This document shows positions 13,633 to 25,070 of a DNA stretch of 64,000 nucleotides, in pieces. Location: the NCBI RefSeq assembly GCF_004010195.1, contig NC_057718.1:61835318-61899317 (forward strand), given 5' to 3'. A program made the position numbers and the translations under genes. A model generated the notes under the pieces. It was given only the letters and a program-made list of their open reading frames with translations, searched no databases and was not told where the DNA came from. The stretch comes from Chiloscyllium plagiosum (Eukaryota). The first letter of the stretch is position 1, and the number at the start of each line of letters is the position of its first letter.

Positions 13633-16549
13633 CTACACACTCAAAGCTTCACTTAAACCCTGGTTAAAGGTCCTCTAGAAAAGATTATTGTGTCAGGATT
13701 ATTAATTTAAACACATGCTCTTATATTTGAAAATGAATGCAATTTCCAGGTGGAAAGATTGACATACACAATAAATTAAATCTAACTAATCAACTGGACA
13801 TCTGTCTGCACAGTGAGGCCTAGATTTGAATTTTTCCCAGTCTTAAAGGGTAGGTCTCTAATGGCTGTTCGTCAACAACCAACTGCAAGGATGGGTGGTG
13901 TGAAAAATAAGATGACATTTTAGAAATTTTATTTGGCTTGGACAACTTGTGAAAAGTATTTATTCCACAAGTGGCCCACATTATGGATTGTGATAGTTGA
14001 GTAACAAAAAGCCAGTTATGGTACTGAATTAGCAAAATAAAAGTTCAGGTCAAATCCAACCATGGTATCAGACAAATCTTCACATAAAAGCTGCCAATAC
14101 ATTGGGGTAAAAAGGAACCAACTTGAAGTGATGACTTTAACATGCAATTGGGTGGCAAGCATGCATTGGGAATGCTGAAAGCAGCAGTGGGAAAAAGACA
14201 TTGACATGTTCACCTGAAATTGAGAATCAATAGCCCAGACAGCAGCAAAAGCAGGTAAACCCAGTGTCAAAACTATTTCATGACTTTTCCTTGAGTCTTG
14301 TCACATGCACTGTGCCAATCCTTCAGGCATACTTTATAGTGATGTCTCAATAGAAGGTAACTAATGGGATTTTACCTTGACAGGCAGAAAGGGGCTGTGC
14401 CAGCTCCTTTCCAGATTCTTCCCACTGTTTGTCTTCTAAGACATCTACTTGCAACTCCTTCCTTACTTTCTACTTTTGGAACTCAGGTTTTATATGAATC
14501 ATTTCTCCCAATCACATTCCAGCTAAATAAATCTGACCAATAACTCTTTGTTATCCACCACACTATAACCTTGTAACAAATTTCCTGAGTCATAATACAC
14601 ATAACAGAACTCACATCATTGGAAAAAGTACCTCAATTGCTCAGCAATTGTCGTCAATCCAGACGGCCTCCTGTACATTTTCAAACCCTCCATTTAGTAT
14701 CTTATGTTCCAAACTGATCAACAGAGAGCCAATAATCTGAACTAAACAAGATCACAAGCCTCTATTACAAAGTAACCATGCAAACTACAGGACTTTTCAT
14801 GACCCAGATACAAGATCTTTCCATCTTTTGTCACCACCTCCTGATCTTAATCATTACATGGTTGCCTGCTGCTGCCCAAGTCTAGTTTCCTGATTTATAG
14901 GCTCAACTTAAGTCACTCACATTCACTGTATAAGCTTAGCTCCTGCCACTCAAGTTAAGCCCACCCCTCCAGATTTCTTCTGACTTCAGCTCCAGACCTT
15001 AATCTAGACCCGAACTTCACTGGTTTGTTTCTTCATTCCCTCCAAGTGCAACATGAAAAACAAAACTGATGAGTGACCAAAGGTTAACCTAATAAACTGA
15101 TTTGAATATTCTGATTACGATCTTAAAATTGTGTATAATATTTTTCTGGGAACAATGTTACATGAGATTGAGTACAAATAATGAACTGCAGGTGTAAGTA
15201 TTACTCATTTATTTCAACAGCCACCAAGACAAACAGAATGCCAACAGCAGTAATTTAGGCCTAATCAGTAAATTTTATGATTAATTATAAAAAAAACTCT
15301 ATACATTTTTAACTGTTTCATTCACAAAGATGTCAAGCCAGATACTTAGCCACCATCAACTAACCATAACAAACCTATACCAACCAGAAGGAACAACAGC
15401 CTTTTTGCTTTTAAATTACTGTAGTTCACAGGATATTAGTGTAACAGGCTGGGCCAACACATATTGTTAATCCCAAATGTCCTTGGAAATGTGGTGTTAA
15501 ATTGTTTTCTTGAACTGCTTCAGTCCTTAGGGTGTAGGAACACCCACAGTGCTGTTAGGAAGACTGTTCTCGTATTTTGACCACTGAACAGAAGGAACAG
15601 CAATAGTTCCAAGTCAGGACAGGTGCAGGTCTCAGAGGGGAACTTGCAGGTGCTTGTAGTCTCATGTGTCTGTGATCTTGTCTTTCTAGGTTGCAAAGGT
15701 CATAAGTTTGGAAGCTGCCACCTAACCAGCCTGGGTGAGTTGCTCCATACCATCTTAGAAGCAGTACACACTGCTGCCACTGTATACCAGTGTTGGAGGG
15801 AGTGAATGTTGAAGATATTGGATGACGGGGCCAAACAAAGGGCTACTTTATCCTGGATGATGCTGAGCTTCTTCTGTGCTGTTGGAGCTGCACTATCCAG
15901 GCAAGTGAAGAATACTTCTGTGAAAAATTCCAAAACATCCTGACTTGTGCCTTGTAGATGGAGGAACGACTCTGAAGTGGTCAAGGATGCAGTTACTTGC
16001 CTCAGAGTTGCTAGTGTCTACCTTGCTCTTACAGAATTAAGATTATTCATATTTACATGGCAGATCCTGTTTAGTTTCTGGTCAGTTGTGACCCCCAAGA
16101 TGTTGATAGCAGATGTTTAGTGACGGTAATGACACTGAATGTCAATAGAAGATGATCAGATTCTGTCCTGTTGGAGATGGTAAATATCTATTACCTGTGT
16201 GGCACAAATTTTGCTTGCCTCTTATCTACCTAAGCCAAAATGTTGTCCAGGCTTTGCTATGAATGGACATGGACTACTTCCATAGTTGGGTTGAGAATGG
16301 TCCCAAACTTTGTGCAATCATCAGTGAACATCTCCACATCAGATATTAAGATAGGAAGATCACTGATGGTGCAGGTGAAGACAACTCAACCATGGAAGTC
16401 AGAGAAAGTCCCTGAAATTACATCCTAAGACTGATATGGTTGACCTCAAACAACTGAAACCACCTCCCTTTGGTCTAGAATTCAGTGCCAGAAGCGTGGT
16501 GGAATCAGAGTCAATTGAGGAGGCCAAGAAGGTATCAGATGATTACTTT

Positions 16550-18532
16550 GAGTCATAGAGATGTAGAGCAAGGAACCAAACCCTAAGTCCACCTGATCCA
16601 TGCCAACCAGATATCCAATCCTAATCTAGTCCCATTTACCAGCCCTTCACCCATATCCCTCTAAACCCTTCCTATTCATATAACCATCCAGATACCTTTT
16701 TAAATGTTGTAATTGTACCAGCCTCCACCACTTCATCTGGCAGCTCATTCCATATATAGAACATAGAACATAGAAGAATACAGCGCAGTACAGGCCTTTT
16801 GGCCCTCGATGTTGCGCCGATCCAAGCCCACCTAACCTATACTAACCCACTATCCTCCATATACCTATCCAATGCCCGCTTAAATGCCCATAAAGAGGGA
16901 GAGTCCACCACTGCTACTGGCAGGGCATTCCATGAACTCACGACTCGCTGAGTAAAGAACCTACCCCTAACATCTGTCCTATACCTACCCTCCCTTAATT
17001 TAAAGCTATGCCCCCTTGTAATACCCGACTCAATACGCGGGAAAAGGTTCATACTGTCGACCCTATCTAAACCCCTAATCATCTTGTACACCTCTATCAA
17101 GTCACCCCTAAACCTTCTTTTCTCTAGCGAAAAAAGTCCCAAGTGCCTCAGTCTTTCCTCATATGATTTTCCTTCCATACCAGGCAACATCCTGGTAAAC
17201 CTCCTCTGCACCCGTTCCAGTGCCTCCACCTCCTTCCTATAGTATGGCGACCAAAACTGCACACAATATTCCAGATGCTGCCGCACCAGAGTTTTATACA
17301 ACTGCATCATGACCTCAGGACTCCGGAACTCAATTCCTCTACCAATAGAAGCCAGTACGCCATATGCCTTCCTCACCGCACTATTTACCTGGGTGGCAAC
17401 TTTCAGAGATCTGTGTACATGGACACCAAGATCCCTCTGCTCATCCACACTACCAAGTATCCGACCATTAGCCCAGTACCCCATCTTTTTGTTATTCTTC
17501 CCAAAGTGAATCACCTCACACTTAGCTACATTGAATTCCATTTGCCACCTTTCTGCCCAGCTCTGCAGCTTCTCTATATCCTGCTGTAACCTGCCACATC
17601 CTTCCTCACTGTCAACAACTCCTCCGACTTTCGTATCATCATATGCACCACCCCCTGCATGAAAACGTTGACCCTTTGTCAATTTAAAATTTTTCCTCTC
17701 TCACCCTAAACCTATGCCCGCTGGTTCTGGACTCACCCCACCCCAGGAAGAAAGACCTTGTTTATTTACCCTATCCATGCCCCTCATGATTTTATAAACC
17801 TCTAGAAGGTCCCCACTCAGCCTCCGACACTCCAGGGAAAACAGCACCAGCCTATTCAGCCTCAAATCCTCCAACCCTGGCAACATCCTTGTAAATCTTT
17901 TCTGAACCCTTTCAAGTTTCACAACATCACTCCAATAGAAGGGAGACTAGAATTGCACACAATATTCCAAAAAATGGCCTAACCAAGGTCCTGTACAGCC
18001 ACAACATGAACTCCCAACTCCTATACTCGATGCTCTTACCAATACAGGAAAGTATACCAAACGCCGCCTTCATTGACCTACCTATCTGTGACTCCACTTT
18101 CAAGGAACTATGAACCTGCACTCCAAGGTATTTTTGTTCAGCAACACTCCCCAGGACTTTACCATCAAATTTATAAGTCCTGCCCTGATTTGCCTTTCCA
18201 AAATGCAGCACCTCACATTTATCTAAATTAAAGTCCATCTGCCACTCCTTGGCCCATTGGCCCATCTGATCAAAATCACGTTCTATTCCGAGGTAATCTT
18301 CTTCACTGTCCAGTATACCTCTAATTTTGATGTCATCTGCAAACTTACTAACTTTATCTCAAATATTCCATCCAAATCATTTATATAAATAATGAAAAGC
18401 AGTGGATCCAGCACCGATCCCTGTGGCATACCACAGTACACAGGCTTCCTGCCTGAAAGGCAACTCTCCACCACCACCCTCTGCCTTCTACCTTTGATCC
18501 AGTTTTGTATCCAAAACGCTAGTTCTCTTTGT
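16550..18532 (-). mobile_element. HER1-type CR1 LINE 3' part (RT), interrupted at 16756-17639
   Basis: Same 3' end as 8968 and 20298 (gtcatagagatgtagagca); ORF pieces QGSVLDPLLFIIYINDL, WQMDFNLDKCEVLHFG, LERVQKRFTRMLPGL. Confidence 0.88.
16756..17639 (-). mobile_element. Young 5'-truncated CR1 LINE (second subfamily) with an uninterrupted RT C-terminal frame
   Basis: Frame open from DDTKVGGVVDSEEG to the natural stop (part of ORF 16837-17682); (agaacat)n tail at 16759-16775; CpGs retained; probable catat TSD at 16751-16755 and 17640-17644. Confidence 0.92.
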
Positions 18533-20297
18533 ACAAAGGCTGAATAAATGCATTGAAACAATGTTTGTGAAAGCGCCAGTGCAGACACTACGGGCTGAAT
18601 GGCTTCCTTCTGTGCCAGGACAATTCAGTGAATCTGTGATTGTGCTATATATAATTCCAACCAGTGAAGAATCTTCTTCCTATTCTATTGACATTATTTT
18701 CACCTAGGCTCCTTGATACTATACTGCTTTTATCATTGTTACCTTCCCCCTGGAGTTCAAATCTTTTCTCAACATTAGGACCACAGTTGTAATGAGATCA
18801 GGAGCTGAGTGGCTGCTGGAGAAGCCAAAGTGAGCATCAATCAGCCTGTTACTAATGAGTAACTCATACAGTTACAGACAGTGTTCCATGAAGCATTGCT
18901 GACAACCCCTTCCACAGATCCTCAAGAGTAGACTGGTGAGCCATTTAATGTCTGTATTGGATATGTCCTGCTTTTTGTGGACAGGACATACCTGGGCAAT
19001 ACTTGGCAAGTTAGATACCACTGTTGTAGGTGTATTAGAATAGCTGAGCTACAGCATGGAGCTCAGGTATTCAATACTACTGCTGGAATATTGTCACCCC
19101 CATTGTCTTTGCAATATTGTATATAGTCAGTCATTTCTAATATCATGGAGAGTGAACTGTATTGGCAACAGTGAAGCTGGAGAATTCTGGAGGAGGAAAA
19201 ACTGACTCGTCGACTTGGGCACTTGTAGCTGTAGGTAGCTCTAAATGCTTCAGCAGATTCTTCTACATAAATGTGCTGGGCTTCACCATCATTGAGAATG
19301 TGGATACTTGTGGAGTTTCCTCTTCAAGTCAATTGTTTTATTGTTCACCAGTCCCACTTAGATATAAGTCTAATCCCTTGGTTGTGGGATCTCTTAGCTC
19401 TCTCCATTGCGTGCTTCCATGTCTGTCATGCAAATAGAATGGTGTTGTAAGTTCACGATTATTTTGTAAATAAGCCTAGTGACTGTCCGACATGCCCACT
19501 TGCACTCTTCATTGAACCAAAGTTGATACACAGCTTGATGATAATGGTTGAGTGCAGGATCTACCAGGCCATGAAGTTAGAGATTGTAGTCGAATACAAC
19601 ATTCAGTTAATTTCCTACAGCACTCTTGGATGCTCACTTTTGAATTGTTATATCTGTTTGTAGTCTGTCCTATTTAGCATTACAATAATGCCATGCAACA
19701 TGATGGACAGAATCCTCAATGTGAAAACATCTGTCTCCACAATAACTATGCAGAGGTCACCTACCAATCTTGGCATGGATGGGTGCATTTGAGGGAGTCA
19801 GATTGGTGAAGACAAGGTCAAAGAGGCTTTTCCCTCTTGTTGATTCTCTCACCAGCTGATGCAGACCTCATTGATTAGCTCTCTCCTTTCAGACATGGCC
19901 AGCTCAATAGGTGTGTCAGTGAGCCATTCTTGGTAATTGACAATGAAGCCCAGAGTACAGAGTACAATCTGTGAACTGCCATTGACAAACGGAGAATAAT
20001 GAGATGAGGTGTTGACTACAGGTGATGATCAGCAGGAATTATCATCACGTGATAATACAAAGCTTCATAGGGCCCACAGTCAATGCTGAGAACTGCCATG
20101 GAAACCTCCACCTGACTGTACACCACTGTATTGCCAATTCTTGTGGGCCTGTCCTGCCAGTGGAACAGGGCAAACTCAGGGATATGATGGTGGTATCTGG
20201 CACTTTGTAGGGTGTGACTTGGTAGGGAAGAATGCATCAGGCTATTACCTGTTAACTTTGTGGGGCAGCTCACAATTTTGTCAGGTGCCTCAGATTG

Positions 20298-23284
20298 AGT
20301 CATAGAGATGTACAGCATGGAAACAGACCTTCGGTCCAACTCATCCATGCCAACCAGATATCCCAACCCAATCTACTCCCACCTGCCAGCACTTGGCTCA
20401 TATCACGCCAAACCCTTCCTACTCATATAGCCATCCAGATGCCTTTTAAATGCTGCAATTGTACTAGCCTCCACCACATCCTATTGCAGCTTGTTCCATA
20501 CACGTACCACCCTCTGCGTGAAACAGTTGCCCCTTAGGCCTCTTTTATATCTTTCCCCTCTCACTCTAAACCTGTGGCATCTAGTTCTGGACTCTCCCAC
20601 TCCAGGGAAAAGACTTTGTCTATTTATCCATTCCATGCCCCTCATGATTTCATAAAACTCTATAAAGGTCACCCCTCAGCCTCCAACATTTCAGGGAAAA
20701 CAGCCACAGCCTATTCAACCTCTCCCAATAGCTCAAATCCTCCAACCCTGGCAACATCTTTGTAAATCTTTTCTGAACCTTTCCAAGTTTCACAACATCC
20801 ATCCGATAGGAAGGAGACCAGAACTGCACGCAAGATTCCAACAGTGGTCTAACCAATGTCCTGTACAGCTGCAACATGACCTCCCTACTCCTGTACTCAA
20901 TACTGTGACCAATCAAGGAAAGCATACCAAACGCCGCCTCCACTATCCTATCTACCTGCGACTCCACTTTCAAGGAGCTATGAACCTGCACTCCAAGGTC
21001 TCTTTGTTCAGCAACACTCCCTAGGACCTCACCATTAAGTGTATAAATCCTGCTAAGATTTGTTTTCCCAAACTGCAGCACCCGCATTTATCTAAATTAA
21101 ACTCTCAGCCCATTGGCCTATCTGATCAAGATCCCATAGTAATCTGAGGTAACCTCCTTTGCTGTCCACTACACCTCCAATTTTGGTGGCTTCTGCAAAC
21201 TTACTAGCTATACCTCTTATGTTCACATCCAAATCATTTATATAAATGATGAAAAGTAGTGGACCCAGCACCGATCCTTGTGGCACTCCACTGGTCACAG
21301 TCCGAAAAACAACCCTCCACCACCACCCTCTGTCTTCTACCTTTGAGCCAGTTCTGTATCCAAATGGCTAGTTCTCCCTGTATTCCATTAAACCTAACCT
21401 TGCTAACCAGTCTCCCATGGGGAACCTTGTTGAACACCTTACTGAAGTCAATATACATCATGTCCAACGCTCTGCCCTCATCAATCCTCTTTGTTACTTC
21501 TTCAAAGAAAACTCAGTCAAGTTTGAGAGACATGATTTCCCACGCACAAAGCCATGTTGACTATCCCTCATCAGTCCTTGCCTTGCCAAATACATGTACA
21601 TCCTGTCCCTCAGGATTCCCTCCAACAACTTGCCCACCACCTACGTCAAACTCACTGGTCTACAGTTCCCTGGCTTGTCCTTACTACCTTTCTTAAACAT
21701 TGGCACCATGTTAGCCAACTTCCAGTCTTCTGGCACCTCACCTGTGACTATTGATGATATTAATATCTCAGTAAGAGGTCCAGCAATCACTTCCCTAGCT
21801 ACCCGCAGAGCTCCAGGCTACACCTGATTAGGTACTGGGGATTTATCCACTTTTATGCATTTCAAGACATCTAGCACTTCCTCCTCTGTAATATTGACAT
21901 TTTTCAAGATGTCACCATCTATTTCCTGACTTTCTATATCTTCCATGTCCTTTTCCACAGTAAATACTGTTGCAAAGTATTCATTTACTATCTCCCCATT
22001 CCTGCGGCTCCACACAAAGGTTGCCTTGTCAATCTTTGAGGGGTCCTATTCTCTCCCTAGATATCCTTTTGTCCTTAATGTATTTGTAAAACCCTTTGGA
22101 TTCTCCTTAACTCTATTTGCCAAAGCTACCTCATTTCCCCTTTTTGCTCTCCTGATTTCCCTCTTAAGTGTGCTCCTACTGCCTTTATACTCTTCTAAGA
22201 GTTCACTCGATCTATCCTGTCTATACCTGACATATGCTTCCTTGTTTTTCTTAATCAAACCCTCAATTTCTTCAGCCTTTCCTTTCACCCTAACAGGAAT
22301 ATACTGTCTTTGGACTCTCGTTATCTCATTTCTGAAAGATTCCCATTTTCCAGCCATCCCCTTACCTGCGAACATCTGCCCCCAATCAGCTTTTGAAAGT
22401 TCTTGCCTAATACTGTCAAAATTAGCCTTCCTCTAATTTAGAACTTCAACTTTTAGATGTGGTCTATCATTTTTCATCACTATTTTAAAACTAATAGAAT
22501 TATGGTCGCTGACCCCAAACTGCTCCCCCAAAGACACCTCAATCACCTTATTTCCCAAGAGCAGGTCAGGTTTTGCACCTTCTATAGTAGGTACATTCAC
22601 ACACTGAATCAGAAAACTTTCTTGTACACACTTAAATTCCTTTCCATCTAAACCCTTAACACTATGGCAGTCCCAGTCTATGTTTGAAAGTTAAAATCCC
22701 CTACCATAACTACCCTATTATTCTTACAGACAATAGAGTTCTCCTTACAAGTTTGTTTCTCAATTTCCTTCTGACTATTAGGGGGTCTATAATACAATCC
22801 CAATAAGGTGATCATCCCTTTCTTATTTCTCAGTTCCACCCAAATAACTTCCCTGGATGTATTTTCAGGAATATCCTCCCTCAGTTCAGCTGTAATGCTA
22901 TCCCTTATCAAAAACACCACTCCCCCTCCTCTCTTGCTTCCCTTTCTGTCCTTCCTGTAGCATTTGTATCCTGGAACATCCCTGAGCCATTTCTCTGTAA
23001 TTGCTATGATCTCCCAGTCCCACGTTCCTAACCATACCTTGAGTTCATCCTTCCTTCCCAGTTAGGCCCCTTACATTGAAATAAATGCAGTTTAATTTGT
23101 TAGCCCTACCTTGTCCCTGTCTGCCCTGAGTGTTTGACTTGCTTCTTTTCTGAACTGGACCAATCTCAGATTGATCTCTTTCTTCACTATCTCCCTAAGC
23201 CCTACCCACCACCTTACTAGGTTAAATTCTCCCAAGCAGCTCTGGCAAATCTCCCTGCCAGTATTTTGTCCCCTTCCAATTTCA
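20298..23284 (-). mobile_element. HER1-type CR1 LINE, 5'-truncated, decayed APE + RT
   Basis: IWVELRNKKG...GLYYRPPNS...VGDFNF (APE); SGVPQGSVLGPLLFIIYINDL, SKFAEATKIGG, LESCVQFWSP (RT); colinear with 8968-12005. Confidence 0.92.
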
Positions 23285-23428
23285 GTTTTGGAGAAGGAAC
23301 ATTTTGCAGGCTTGACAGGTATGAGTTGTCCATTATTATTTCAGGTGCCAAGGTGAATGCCAGGCCTGAGACTTTGTAGCTGTCTGATACAACTTTGTGG
23401 CTTGCTCAGCCATTTTAGAAGACATTTT

Positions 23429-23745
23429 GGGTGGCACAGTGGCCCAGTGGTTAGCACTGCTGCCTCACAGCGCCAGAGACCCAGGTTCAATTCCCACCTC
23501 AGGCGACTGACTGTGTGGAGTTTGCACGTTCTCCCCGTGTCTGCGTGGGTTTCCTCCGGGTGCTCCGGTTTCCTCCCACAGTCCAAAGATGTGCAGGTCA
23601 GGTGAATTGGCCATACTAAATTGCCCATAGTGTTAGGTAAGGGGTAAATGTAGGGGTATGGGTGGGTTGCGCTTCAGCGGGTCGGTGTGGACTTGTTGGG
23701 CCGAAGGGCCTGTTTCCACACTGTAATCTAATCTAATCTAATCTA
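23429..23745 (+). mobile_element. Full-length HE1-type SINE (tRNA-derived, V-SINE-like core)
   Basis: A-box tggcccagtgg 23440-23450, B-box ggttcaattcc 23484-23494, core gtgtggagtttgcacgttctccccgtgtctgcgtgggtttcctccggg, HER1-like 3' end gggccgaagggcctgtttcc, (taatc)n tail, acattt TSD at 23422-23427 and 23746-23751. Confidence 0.93.
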
Positions 23746-24708
23746 ACATTTAAGAATCAACTACATTATAATGGAGGCACCTAAGAGATTTCCTTTTCTA
23801 ATGGGACAATCAAAATGGTCACCGTTACTGAGGTTAGATCTTAATTCCATATCTATTACACTTTTTAAACTTCCACCAGCTCCAATGGTGGGACATGAAC
23901 CGCTGTCCTTGGGTTCCTGGATTACTGGTCCAGTTAAATTACTATTGCGCCTATTGCAGTCTAAATTAAACCAATTCAGAAAGGTTCTGCACAAAACATT
24001 AGACATCCAGAAATAATTACTACACTAACTGCTTTCCAGCTGCAGACTTTACTCAACGATACATTCGTGGAATTGTGGAAAGATTCTTTCATCATAAGAA
24101 AATAAAAGCTGTAGGCCTTACACATCTGTACCAATGGATAGAAGCAGAGTGGAGCAGTGGAAGGAAAGGAGCCTTTCAAAGCTTAATTATTTTTTATTTC
24201 ACAGACAAAATAAGTGAATTAATTACTTTGGCAAACAAGATTGAGGTGGGAGAGAAGGAGAAAGTGGGGGTTTCAGATGCTGTAGATCAGAGTCGAAGAG
24301 TGTGATGCTGGAAAAGGACAGCCGCTCAGGCAGGATCCAAGGAGCAGGATAATTGATCTTTCAGGCATAAGCCCTTCATCAGGAATGAGATTTGTGGGGC
24401 TGGGTGGGGGGGTGACACCTCCTCCAGGCGTCAGGTGTTAGGTTTGGCGATGGAGGAGGCCATGGAGGAGTGGGTGGGGAATGGAAGTGTTCAGCCACAG
24501 GATGGGTGCAGTCAGGATGGGTATCCCAGAGATGTTCTCTGAAATGATCCACAAATTGGTGTCCTGTCTCCCTATTGTACAGAAGGCTACATCAGGTGCA
24601 ACTGATGAGTAGATGATGCATGTGGAAGTACAGGTACATCTCTGTCGGATGTGGAAGGATCCTTTGGGGCCTTGGGCGGAGGTATGGGTGCAGGTTTTCC
24701 CTGCGGTG

Positions 24709-25070
24709 GAAGGAAGTTTTCCTCCTCTCTCTACAAGAATCTCAGGGAGTCCCTCTCCCACTGCAACTCCCAGGTCATTTCCTCTGCTCTGAAGCTCTTC
24801 AACCATGTCCTGAACCTACCTGCCTATCTTCTTTTCCACCTATCCACTCCACCCTCTTCTCTGGCCTATCACCTTCAACCCCTCCCCCACTCACCTATTG
24901 TACTCTATGCTACTTTCTCCCCACCCCCACCCTGCTCTCATTTATCTCTCCACCCTTCAGGCACTCTGCCTGTATTCCTGATGAAGGGCTTTTACCCGAA
25001 ACATCGATTTTACTGCTCCTCGGATGCTGCCTGAACTACTGTGCTTTTCCAGCACCACTCTATTCCAGAT
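24709..25070 (+). mobile_element. Penelope-like fragment (same family) nested in opposite orientation
   Basis: Flanked by a cctgcggtg direct repeat (24700-24708 and 25071-25079); contains the terminal repeat ctgatgaagggcttttacccgaaacatcga...gcttttccagcaccact. Confidence 0.8.
24974..25008 (+). ncRNA. Minimal type I hammerhead ribozyme motif, degenerate
   Basis: CUGAUGA-A-GGG(CUUUUA)CCC-GAAA-CAUC at 24978-25005; stem III reads ACAU rather than the palindromic ACGU; stem I weak. Confidence 0.6.

Larger units (their letters stand above)
16478..18640 (+). mobile_element. Old CR1 3'-end fragment split in two (about 16478-16549 and 18533-18640) by a HER1 insertion
   Basis: gtgccagaagcgtggtggaatcagagtcaat on the left and gggctgaatggcttccttctgtg...gaatctgtgattgtg on the right form a continuous CR1 3' end. 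Confidence 0.5.
15425..23955 (-). mobile_element. Old LINE (CR1/L2-group, clade unassigned) split by younger insertions; segments about 15425-16477, 18645-20296, 23281-23428, 23746-23955; tRNA-like 5' head
   Basis: RT C-terminal-like peptide SAAPTAQKKLSIIQDKVALCL...HSLQHWYTVAAVC (15700-15984); APE N-terminal-like IPEFALFHWQDRPTRIGNTVVY (about 20130-20200); 3' tail at about 15425-15500 matches the plus-strand copy ending about 37625; B-box-like ggttcatgtcc (minus) at 23891-23901. Confidence 0.65.

Noticed and set aside
16837..17682. Longest ORF (281 aa) as a host gene
   Set aside because: It is the RT C-terminus of a 5'-truncated CR1 insert; the first residues come by chance from the flanking HER1 sequence.
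23429..23500. tRNA gene
   Set aside because: The A/B boxes belong to the SINE head, which continues into the SINE core and LINE-like tail.
23341..23628. ORFs such as DCGRKPEHPEETHADTGR recurring at 23.4, 46.9 and 48.2 kb
   Set aside because: Spurious translations of the HE1-type SINE.
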